DNA of 59,266 bases, the filler included. It is 6 parts of 6 records of this genome, joined end to end, with 100 filler letters (N's around TTAATTAATTAA, not from the genome) between each part and the next. Parts side by side here need not be neighbours in the genome. Positions count along the whole stretch, not along the records: positions 51,279 to 59,266 come from SRR2962707_4936; 5 more parts are not named here. One strand, given 5' to 3'. Position numbers and translations under genes: made by a program. Of the stretch, positions 51,391 to 59,266 are shown in pieces. A model generated the notes under the pieces. It saw only the letters and a program-made list of their open reading frames with translations, did not search any database and was not told the origin of the DNA. The stretch's first letter is position 1. Every line of letters starts with the position of its first letter.

Positions 51391-53121
51391 ATGGTGACCC
51401 CCCAGACCCCAGCAACGCCCTATCAGGTTCTGGCTCGGAAATACCGGCCATCGAGCTTTGAGAGCCTTGTGGGGCAAGACGCAATGGTTCAGACGCTGGG
51501 CAACGCCTTTGCGACGGGCCGCATCCACCACGCTTTCATTTTGACTGGCGTACGCGGCGTGGGGAAAACCACCACAGCTAGAATTCTTGCCCGCGCCTTC
51601 AATTATGCCGATGAAACAGGAGCGCATCCGACCCTCGATCTTTCCAGGGAAGGCATCCATTGCGCCGAAATCATAGCCGGCACCCATGTCGATGTTATGG
51701 AAATGGATGCGGCATCCAATACCGGCATTGATTCCATCCGCGAAATCAACGCAATGACCCGCACACCGCCGATGAGCGCACCCTACAAGGTGTTCATCAT
51801 CGACGAAGTGCATATGCTATCGACGTCGGCCTTCAACGGGCTCCTGAAAACGCTCGAAGAGCCCCCTCCCTATGTGAAGTTCATCTTCGCGACGACGGAA
51901 ATCCGCAAAGTGCCGGTGACCATCCTGTCGCGCTGCATGCGCTTCGACCTGCGCCGGATTTCGCCCGACGTCATGACCGGGTACCTGTCGGGCTTGCTCG
52001 AAAAGGAAGCGATACCGGTCGAGTCCGAAGCGCTTTCCATGATCGTGCGGGCCGGTGAAGGCTCGGCGCGCGACTGCCTGTCGCTGACCGACCAGGCCAT
52101 CGCCCATGGCGGCGGACAGATCAGCGTGCAGTCGGTCCGCGATATGCTGGGGCTTGCCGACCGGGCGCGCATCATCGATCTCTTTGAAAAGCTTATGGGC
52201 GGCGACATCGCGGGAGCGCTCGACGATACGCGCGCGCTCTATGATTCGGGCGCCGATCCGACGACGATCATCACCGATCTGGCCGAGCTGACCCATCTGG
52301 TGACGCGGATCAAGATCGTGCCCTCAGCGGTCGACGATCCGGTTCTGACCCCTGATGAGCGCAGCCGCGGAGGCGAGTTGGCCCAAAAACTTGGGCTTCG
52401 CGTCCTGACACGCACATGGCAGATCCTGTCGAAGGGCCTGGCCGAGATCGCGCAGTCCGGCAATGGGCTGCAATCGGCGGAAATGGTCCTTATCCGTCTT
52501 GCCTATGCTGCTGATCTGCCCAGCCCGGAAGAGCTGATCGAAAAACTGACAAGCCAGCCAACCGATACCGGCCCGGCGCCATCCGCTCCTGCTCCCAATG
52601 GGGGCGGTGGGTATCAGGCGCGGGCCCTGGCGCCATCCGCGCCACCCAGCGCGGCGCCTCAAGCAGCACCGCGGGCCGAAGCGCGGCCTGTGCCGCAATC
52701 CTATGAGCAGATCGTCGCGCTGGCCGGAGAAAAGCGCGATATCGCCGTCAAGCACGCGCTCGAATCCGATATCAAGCCGGTATCGTTCGAAGTTGGACGC
52801 ATTGAGGTTGCGCTGACCCCGACGGCCAATCCTTCCATAGTTTCCCTGCTGTCGGCGCGCCTCAAGGACTGGACGGGGCGGCCCTGGCTTGTCACCATAT
52901 CGACCAGGGAGATTGCCGCGCCCACATTGCGCGAGGCGCGGCGTGCGGCCGAAGACAACGCCCGCAGCGCGGCGCTCGAAGACCCTATGGTCAAGGCGGT
53001 GATGGAGACGTTCCCGGGTGCCCGGCTGGTCAACATCAAATCGCGCCCGGACCTGACCAACGAGTTGGAAACCGCCGCAGAAGATTTCGAGGCTCCCATC
53101 GATCCGGAGGAAGACGAATGA
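51391..53121 (+). CDS. dnaX: DNA polymerase III subunit gamma/tau
   Basis: YQVLARKYRP, GVRGVGKTT, EMDAAS, IIDEVHML, LLKTLEEPP, TILSRC. Confidence 0.97.
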   Translation: MVTPQTPATPYQVLARKYRPSSFESLVGQDAMVQTLGNAFATGRIHHAFILTGVRGVGKTTTARILARAFNYADETGAHPTLDLSREGIHCAEIIAGTHVDVMEMDAASNTGIDSIREINAMTRTPPMSAPYKVFIIDEVHMLSTSAFNGLLKTLEEPPPYVKFIFATTEIRKVPVTILSRCMRFDLRRISPDVMTGYLSGLLEKEAIPVESEALSMIVRAGEGSARDCLSLTDQAIAHGGGQISVQSVRDMLGLADRARIIDLFEKLMGGDIAGALDDTRALYDSGADPTTIITDLAELTHLVTRIKIVPSAVDDPVLTPDERSRGGELAQKLGLRVLTRTWQILSKGLAEIAQSGNGLQSAEMVLIRLAYAADLPSPEELIEKLTSQPTDTGPAPSAPAPNGGGGYQARALAPSAPPSAAPQAAPRAEARPVPQSYEQIVALAGEKRDIAVKHALESDIKPVSFEVGRIEVALTPTANPSIVSLLSARLKDWTGRPWLVTISTREIAAPTLREARRAAEDNARSAALEDPMVKAVMETFPGARLVNIKSRPDLTNELETAAEDFEAPIDPEEDE

Positions 53122-53441
53122 AAGATCTCATGGGCATGATGAAAAAGGCCCAGGAATTCCAGCAGCGCGCCCAGGAGATGCAGGCCGAGGCTGCGGCGCA
53201 TATGGTCGAGGGAACTGCCGGCGCCGGCATGGTCACCGTGACCATGACCGCCAAGGGTGATCTGCAGGGGCTCAAGATCGACCCCTCATTGTTCAAGCCC
53301 GACGACGCCGAGATTGTTGAAGATCTTATCGTCGCCGCTCATGCAGATGCACGCCGCAAGGGCGAGGAATTTATGCAGCAGAAAATGAGCGAAATGACCG
53401 CGGGCCTGCCGATCCCGCCGGGCATGAAGTTCCCGTTCTAG
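53118..53441 (+). CDS. ybaB: Nucleoid-associated protein YbaB/EbfC
   Basis: MMKKAQ, GAGMVTV, IDPSL, EDLIVAA; lies between dnaX and recR. Confidence 0.95.
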   Translation: MKDLMGMMKKAQEFQQRAQEMQAEAAAHMVEGTAGAGMVTVTMTAKGDLQGLKIDPSLFKPDDAEIVEDLIVAAHADARRKGEEFMQQKMSEMTAGLPIPPGMKFPF

Positions 53442-53453
53442 GATCGGCCAAAA

Positions 53454-54056
53454 ATGGCGAACACTTCCGGCGGGCCGGAAATCGAACAGCTCATCCAGCT
53501 TCTTTCGCGCCTGCCGGGCCTTGGCCCGCGCTCGGGGCGCCGCGCAGTGCTGCATCTGATAAAGAAAAAAGAGCAGTTGATGATCCCGCTCGCCGCCGCA
53601 CTCGATCGTGCTGTCGATGCGGTGAAAATCTGCCAGACCTGTGGCAATATCGATACCATTTCCCCCTGCACGATCTGCGCGGACCCGCGCCGGGCCGAAA
53701 CCGGTCTGCTGATTGTGGTCGAAGACGTGGCCGACCTCTGGGCTCTGGAACGCGCGGGCATTGGAATGGTGCGCTATCATGTTCTCGGTGGCGTCCTTTC
53801 GCCACTCGATGGTGTCGGGCCGGACGATCTTTCCATCGATCAACTGATCCGCCGGGCGCCCGACTATTCCGAGGTCGTCCTTGGGGTCAACGCCACCGTC
53901 GAAGGACAGACAACGGCCCATTACATCACCGATCGTCTTGCCGATACCGGTATCACAATTACCCGTCTGGCTCACGGGGTTCCGGTTGGCGGCGAGCTGG
54001 ATTATCTCGATGAAGGCACGCTCAGCCAGGCACTGAAGGCTCGTACGCGGTTTTAA
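53454..54056 (+). CDS. recR: Recombination mediator RecR
   Basis: LPGLGPRS, C4 zinc finger [38 protein letters not shown]. Confidence 0.97.
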   Translation: MANTSGGPEIEQLIQLLSRLPGLGPRSGRRAVLHLIKKKEQLMIPLAAALDRAVDAVKICQTCGNIDTISPCTICADPRRAETGLLIVVEDVADLWALERAGIGMVRYHVLGGVLSPLDGVGPDDLSIDQLIRRAPDYSEVVLGVNATVEGQTTAHYITDRLADTGITITRLAHGVPVGGELDYLDEGTLSQALKARTRF

Positions 54057-54170
54057 CCGCTGCCGTTTACCGCATGCTAACGGTAATCGCGGGTCCTGAG
54101 CCCATAGCAGCAAGCCGTACTTAAATTTGTTTACGTATCCGCCTCATACCTGTCCCTCCAATGACAGGAA

Positions 54171-56588
54171 ATGGGCCGGTTGAGCATGAGCGACGTTCTT
54201 TCAACGCTGTATCATCAGCACGATATTCGTCTCGTGATCCTCGCGGCGTTCATATGCGCGCTGTCCTCATTCGCCGGCGTTTCAATTCTGACCCACGCCC
54301 GTCGTTCTCGGGGCCCGGTGCGAGTTGCCTGGTTGGCGATTGCCGCGGTTTCTGTCGGCTTTGGTATCTGGGCCACGCACTTCATTGCCATGCTCTCTTT
54401 CGATGTTGGTTTCCCCGCCGGATATCACGTCGGCCTGACACTGGCATCGCTATTGATCGCCATAGCCGTCTGCGGCACGGGGCTCGCCGTGGCTGGCCTG
54501 AGCCGCCGGCGGTCCGACCTGATACTGGGGGGCGCAATTGTAGGGCTCGGCATTTCCGCCATGCATTACACGGGCATGCGGGCGCTCGAAATCGGCGGCG
54601 AAGTATCGTGGGATTCCGGCCTTGTCGCGGGCTCGGTGATCTCCGGCATGGTTCTTGGCGCCGCCGCCCTGCGCGTTGGCGTGAACCGGAACGCGCGGGC
54701 CCGTGTCTTCGGAGCGGGGCTTTTGACCCTCGCAATATGCTCGATGCATTTTACCGCCATGGGCGCTGCCGGGTTTGCCAATTGCTATGCAATTGCGGCG
54801 CCAGGCGAAATCAGCCCGGGCGTGCTTTCGCTGATCGTTGGCGTCGTGTCGATCCTCATCCTTCTGGCCGCGCTGGGCAGTCTCTATCTCGATTTGCGTG
54901 ATCGAAGGCGCGCTGCGACCGAAGAGAGCCGCATGCGCGGTCTGGCCGATGCCGCGGTGGAAGGGCTCGTTGTCTGCTCGGATCGCACCATCGTTGCGGT
55001 CAATGCAGCCTTTCAACGCCTTGTCGGTGACCAGGGCAAGGATCTTTCCGGGCACGCCATCGCCGAGTTTCTGGCCCCGACCGGCTGCATCGCCATTTTC
55101 GAGCATGCAAATGAGCTCGTTGAAACCGAACTGACTGCCCTGGGCGGCGAACGGATCCCTGTGGAAGTCGTCATGCGCGAAGTCGATTTCGGCGGGCGCC
55201 TTCACCGGGCCATTGCGGTGCGTGACCTGCGGGCCCGCAAGCGGGCCGAACATCACATCCGGTTTCTTGCCCATCACGACGCCATGACCGGGCTCGCCAA
55301 TCGCCCAAGCTTTAACGCAAGGCTCGACGATGAAATTGCCCGCGCCCGGCTCGCCGGGCAGAACCTTGCAGTTCTGTGTCTCGACCTCGATCGGTTCAAG
55401 GAGGTCAACGACCTGTTCGGTCACGCGGCCGGTGACGCGCTGCTGCAGCGGGTAGCAGGGTTGATTGAAGCGGGTCTGAAGGGCAGCCAGTTTGCAGGAC
55501 GGCTCGGGGGCGATGAGTTCGCTGTCATCCTTCCTGACGTGCGCTCTGCCCAACACGCGTCCGCGCTGGCAGAAGAAATGCTGGACATGTTCTCCCAGGC
55601 CAATCGCGAGAGCGCAGAAAGCACCGTCATTTCCGCGTCCGTAGGCATAGCGCTCTATCCCGAGCACGCCGAGGACGCCGATCAGTTGATGACTTATGCC
55701 GACACTGCGCTCTATTGCGCCAAAGCGGAAGGCCGCGGGACCTATCGCCTGTTCGAAACCCAGATGGGCGCGCAAGTCCGCGACCGGCGGCTGCTTGAGC
55801 ATGATCTGCGTTCGGCATTGGTCAGCCAGCAACTTTCGCTCGCCTACCAGCCGCAGGTTGATCTGGCGACCGGCGAGGTTTCCGGGTTCGAGGCTCTTGT
55901 GCGCTGGGCCCATCCTGAGCGCGGCGCCGTGCCCCCGGCAACCTTTATTCCCATTGCCGAAGAGACGGGTCTTATTCTCCAGATCGGCGAATGGGTCATG
56001 CGCACAGCGTGCACGGAGGCGGCAAGCTGGACGGCCCCATTGATGATCGCGGTCAACGTCTCGGCCGTGCAGCTTCATGCGCCCAACTTTGTTGCCTTCG
56101 TTGAAAAGCTTCTGGTCGAAACCGGCCTGCCTGCCGGAAGGCTGGAAATCGAGATCACCGAAACCGCGATGATCCGCAACATGAACCGCGCGCTGGCCAA
56201 TCTGCGCCTGATCAAGGCGCTGGGCGTCAAGATCGCAATGGACGATTTCGGCACCGGGTATTCCTCGCTTTCGAACCTGCGCGCGTTCCCGTTCGATCGG
56301 ATCAAGGTCGATCAGTCCTTTATCCGCTCGGTGCACGACAACGACCAGTCTGCCGCAATCGTCCGCGCGGTGCTCGGGCTGGGGAAGGGGCTCAACCTGC
56401 CCATTCTTGCCGAAGGGGTCGAGCGTCCCGAGGAACTCGAGTTTCTCAAGGGCGAGATCTGCAACGCCGCGCAGGGCTATTGGTTCTCAAGGCCCGAAGA
56501 TATCTCGGTTTTCAACGATATCGTCAGCGGCAACCGCAAGACGATTGCGCCCGACACCACCGTCGTGCCGCTCAAGCTCAGGGCGTAG
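54171..56588 (+). CDS. MHYT-PAS-GGDEF-EAL signalling protein (start 54171 or 54186)
   Basis: Three MHYT-type repeats (THFIAM, MHYTGM, MHFTAM), PAS-like region, GGDEF without RxxD I-site, FEALVRW, DDFGTGYSS, AEGVE. Confidence 0.94.
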   Translation: MGRLSMSDVLSTLYHQHDIRLVILAAFICALSSFAGVSILTHARRSRGPVRVAWLAIAAVSVGFGIWATHFIAMLSFDVGFPAGYHVGLTLASLLIAIAVCGTGLAVAGLSRRRSDLILGGAIVGLGISAMHYTGMRALEIGGEVSWDSGLVAGSVISGMVLGAAALRVGVNRNARARVFGAGLLTLAICSMHFTAMGAAGFANCYAIAAPGEISPGVLSLIVGVVSILILLAALGSLYLDLRDRRRAATEESRMRGLADAAVEGLVVCSDRTIVAVNAAFQRLVGDQGKDLSGHAIAEFLAPTGCIAIFEHANELVETELTALGGERIPVEVVMREVDFGGRLHRAIAVRDLRARKRAEHHIRFLAHHDAMTGLANRPSFNARLDDEIARARLAGQNLAVLCLDLDRFKEVNDLFGHAAGDALLQRVAGLIEAGLKGSQFAGRLGGDEFAVILPDVRSAQHASALAEEMLDMFSQANRESAESTVISASVGIALYPEHAEDADQLMTYADTALYCAKAEGRGTYRLFETQMGAQVRDRRLLEHDLRSALVSQQLSLAYQPQVDLATGEVSGFEALVRWAHPERGAVPPATFIPIAEETGLILQIGEWVMRTACTEAASWTAPLMIAVNVSAVQLHAPNFVAFVEKLLVETGLPAGRLEIEITETAMIRNMNRALANLRLIKALGVKIAMDDFGTGYSSLSNLRAFPFDRIKVDQSFIRSVHDNDQSAAIVRAVLGLGKGLNLPILAEGVERPEELEFLKGEICNAAQGYWFSRPEDISVFNDIVSGNRKTIAPDTTVVPLKLRA

Positions 56589-56590
56589 CG

Positions 56591-57736
56591 TCATTCAATA
56601 AGCGAAGGCCGCTCTTCTTCAAATTCCAGCGCTTCTATCTTCTCGCCGCGCCGCGTCACCTTGCCTGTCGAAATCAGGATGTCATCGATGTCCTGGTTAG
56701 CCTGCCGGAAATGGGTCTGGAGCTTGTTGACCCTGTCGTTGAGACGACCGACATCGCCGAGCAGCGCAACGACTTCCTTCTGGATGATATGGGCCTGTTC
56801 GCGCATGCGAACGTCGCGCAACAACGCCTGAATGACCTGGATCGACAGCATTAAAAGCGATGGCGACACGATAACGACCCGGGCCCGCGCGGCCCTCTGC
56901 ACGACGTCCTCGAACCGCTCATGCAGATCGGCAAATATCGATTCCGAGGGCACGAACATGAAGGCTGTGTCCTGGGTCTCCCCGGCAATAAGGTATTTTT
57001 CCGAGATCGCCTTGATATGGGTGGTGCAATCGCTGCGAAACCCGGTCATGGCCGCGCGCACGGCCTCGGGGGTTTCCGCCTCGGCGATCCTCTGCCAGCC
57101 TTCGAGCGGAAACTTTGCATCGATCACCAGCGAGGGCGCATCGTTGGGCATGTGGATTATGGCGTCGGGCCGCGAATTGTTGGAAAGCGTGACCTGGAAT
57201 TCGTATGCGTTGGGCGCCAGCCCATCGGCGATGATCGCCTCCATCCGCCCCTGACCGAAGGCGCCGCGTTGCTGCTTGTTCGACAGGATCGATTGCAGCG
57301 AGACGATTTCGCCCGAAAGCTGGGTGATGTTGGTCTGCGCCCTGTCGATCACCGCAAGCCGCTCGTTGAGCTTGGTCAGCGTTTCGTCGGTCTTGGTGCG
57401 GTTTTCGGTCATGGACTGGTTGACCCGATGCGAATTGGCATCGATCCGCTCGGTGAGGACACGGGCAAGATCGGAGGTCCGGGTGCCAAAGATCTCGCTC
57501 ATGGTCTGCATGCGCCCGGTCATTTCGGACTGTGTGCGCATCATGTCGGCCATGTGCCTTTCCATCTCGGCATTGCGGGCGGCATCGAGTGCTGCCTGTT
57601 CCTCGCGCTGCCGCGCCGCGCGGGTCTGTCCGATCAGGACAATGATGAGCCCGAGCACCGCGATCGCCAATCCGCCAGCCAAGGCTTCAAGGATGGTGAT
57701 GGGCGTTCCGCCGATGGTAAAGAGCACTGTTTCCAT
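56591..57736 (-). CDS. rmuC: DNA recombination protein RmuC
   Basis: Start at ATG 57736 (METVLFTIGG, TM); RGAFGQ, RPDAII, IDAKFPLE, MFVPSES, VSPSLLM. Divergent from def-fmt. Confidence 0.93.
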   Translation of the reverse strand: METVLFTIGGTPITILEALAGGLAIAVLGLIIVLIGQTRAARQREEQAALDAARNAEMERHMADMMRTQSEMTGRMQTMSEIFGTRTSDLARVLTERIDANSHRVNQSMTENRTKTDETLTKLNERLAVIDRAQTNITQLSGEIVSLQSILSNKQQRGAFGQGRMEAIIADGLAPNAYEFQVTLSNNSRPDAIIHMPNDAPSLVIDAKFPLEGWQRIAEAETPEAVRAAMTGFRSDCTTHIKAISEKYLIAGETQDTAFMFVPSESIFADLHERFEDVVQRAARARVVIVSPSLLMLSIQVIQALLRDVRMREQAHIIQKEVVALLGDVGRLNDRVNKLQTHFRQANQDIDDILISTGKVTRRGEKIEALEFEEERPSLIE

Positions 57737-57841
57737 AATGTTCTTGTTATCTGATTCGCCCCTTCCCATATCCGCTTTGCTTGACCGGCGTGGTCCACCT
57801 GCATTAACCAGTGCCTCACACACCAATTTTGAGAACTTTGA

Positions 57842-58357
57842 ATGGCCGTACGCGAAATCCTCATCCTGCCCGATCCTCTGCTGCGCAAAGTGGCCGAGCC
57901 CGTCGAGGCGTTCGATGATGACCTCAAAAAGACCGTCGATGACATGTTCGACACCATGTACGACGCACCCGGTATCGGGCTGGCCGGTCCGCAGATCGGT
58001 TACATGAAGCGCGTCGTGGTGATCGATCTGGCCGATGAGGAAAACCCTGACTCGGGCAAGATCGCCATGATCAATCCCGAAATCGTCGGCATGAGCGAGG
58101 AAACCGAAGTATCCGAGGAAGGGTGCCTGTCGATCCCCGAGATGTATTACGAGGTCGAACGGCCCGCCGAGGTGACCGTCAAATATCTCACGCCCGAAGG
58201 CAAGGAAGTCACCCTTCACGCGACCGGCCGGCTGGCCGTCTGCATGCAGCACGAGATCGACCATCTCGATGGCGTGCTCTATATCGACTACCTTTCGCGC
58301 CTCAAGCGTGACCGCGTGAACAAGAAGTTCCAGAAAAAGGCCCGGCTCGCCAGCTGA
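57842..58357 (+). CDS. def: Peptide deformylase
   Basis: GIGLAGPQIG, EGCLSIP, QHEIDHLDG. Confidence 0.97.
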   Translation: MAVREILILPDPLLRKVAEPVEAFDDDLKKTVDDMFDTMYDAPGIGLAGPQIGYMKRVVVIDLADEENPDSGKIAMINPEIVGMSEETEVSEEGCLSIPEMYYEVERPAEVTVKYLTPEGKEVTLHATGRLAVCMQHEIDHLDGVLYIDYLSRLKRDRVNKKFQKKARLAS

Positions 58358-58399
58358 TCTGTGCGCCAGCCATCCGTCTCGAAATCGAAGGGCAATCGA

Positions 58400-59266
58400 A
58401 TGCGCGTCGTCTTCATGGGCACCCCCGACTTCGCCGTGCCCACGCTGACCGAGATCGTCATGCGCGGCCACGAGGTCGTTGCGTGTTATACCCGTGCGCC
58501 CAAACCCGCAGGGCGGGGGCAGGCCGAGCGCAAATCGCCGGTGCACCTGGCGGCCGAAGAATTCGGCATTCCGGTGTTTACGCCCAAAAATTTCCGCGAC
58601 CCGGCCGACGTTGCAACCTTTGCGGCGCTTGGTGCCGACGTGGCGGTGGTCGTGGCTTACGGGCTGCTGCTGCCCCCCGCGGTGCTCGAAGCGCCCGAAA
58701 AGGGATGCCTGAACCTGCATGGATCGTTGCTGCCGCGCTGGCGGGGCGCCGCGCCCATCCAGCGCGCCATAATGGCGGGGGACGAACGCACAGCGGTTTC
58801 GGTGATGAAGATGGAGGAAGGGCTCGATACCGGTCCGGTCAGCCTTCTCGATTTCATTTCCATCGGCCCCGACATGACGGCGGGCGAACTCCATGACGAA
58901 ATGATGCGCACCGGCGCGGACCTGATGGGGCGTGCTCTGTCGGCGCTTGATCGCGACGCGCTCGAGTTCACCGCGCAGCCCGAAGAGGGCGTTACCTACG
59001 CCAGAAAAATCGAGAAGGCCGAGGCGCGGATCGATTTTTCGCGCCCGGCACACGAGGTTCACAATCATGTCCGCGGCCTGTCGCCGTTTCCCGGCGCGTG
59101 GTTCGAGATCGAGCTTGGCGGCAAGCCGGTTCGCGTCAAGGCGTTGCGTTCGACGCTAGCCGACGGGCAGGGCAAGCCCGGCGCCGTGATCGAGGGGCTG
59201 ACAATCGCCTGCGGCGAGGGTGCTGTACGATTCAAGCAGGTGCAGCGCGAAGGCAAGGGCGCCATG
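58400..59266 (+). CDS. fmt: Methionyl-tRNA formyltransferase (runs off window end)
   Basis: Manual translation from ATG 58400: [50 protein letters not shown]. Not in the ORF track because no stop is reached. Confidence 0.97.
   Translation, partial: MRVVFMGTPDFAVPTLTEIVMRGHEVVACYTRAPKPAGRGQAERKSPVHLAAEEFGIPVFTPKNFRDPADVATFAALGADVAVVVAYGLLLPPAVLEAPEKGCLNLHGSLLPRWRGAAPIQRAIMAGDERTAVSVMKMEEGLDTGPVSLLDFISIGPDMTAGELHDEMMRTGADLMGRALSALDRDALEFTAQPEEGVTYARKIEKAEARIDFSRPAHEVHNHVRGLSPFPGAWFEIELGGKPVRVKALRSTLADGQGKPGAVIEGLTIACGEGAVRFKQVQREGKGAM

Noticed and set aside
51600..51670. DnaX zinc module lacking most cysteines (SREGIHC)
   Set aside because: As far as I recall this degeneration is common in Rhizobiales DnaX, so it is not specific to this sequence.
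52380..52560. Possible dnaX -1 frameshift site producing the gamma subunit
   Set aside because: The A-runs (CAAAAAC, GAAAAAC) do not form an in-frame A_AAA_AAG-type slippery heptamer.
56591..59068. 825-aa minus-strand ORF that looks like a giant RmuC fusion
   Set aside because: The first 444 codons are the antisense shadow of fmt and def plus the intergenic gap. Recognisable RmuC begins at ATG 57736.

Overview
The window is not one locus. It is six unrelated contig fragments joined by identical 100-bp artificial linkers (N44-TTAATTAATTAA-N44) at 7805-7904, 20078-20177, 29455-29554, 39445-39544 and 51179-51278. Taxon labels below are my inference from gene content and composition. (1) 1-7804, GC-rich Hyphomicrobiales (Devosia/Pelagibacterium-like): LacI regulator, cytoplasmic heparinase II/III-like lyase and a Dpp/Opp-family ABC importer, probably for oligosaccharides. 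(2) 7905-20077, Rhizobiales (Hoeflea-like): obgE-proB-proA-nadD-rsfS-rlmH-envC-ctpA-yibQ-rppH plus racemase and GNAT, converging on atpD-atpC. (3) 20178-29454, Roseobacter-group: uvrC, SDR, Ca/Na antiporter, a 55-aa Cys-rich membrane protein, S49 peptidase, ABC-2 pair, CoxG, DMT, quinone oxidoreductase, DUF2474-like peptide and cydB. (4) 29555-39444, Thalassospira-like: tusA, ElaA GNAT, a c-di-GMP cluster (GGDEF, PAS-EAL, PAS-GAF-GGDEF, DUF2336), lipoprotein, SPOR protein and Lon-like protease. (5) 39545-51178, AT-richer gammaproteobacterium (Marinomonas-like): Y1 transposase tail, uraA, ppk1, hemB, ABC-F, hslO, CBS protein, mqo and yfcL. (6) 51279-59266, Hyphomicrobiales: SRP RNA, dnaX-ybaB-recR, MHYT-PAS-GGDEF-EAL, rmuC, def and fmt. 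Most content is housekeeping. I see no CRISPR array, prophage or defence system, and I cannot claim a clearly new system. The best leads are the EAL-GGDEF-DUF2336 operon, two small proteins missed by the ORF track, a 9-bp-phased operator array in the lyase locus, a Pho-type promoter before hemB-ppk1, and several other cis-elements.
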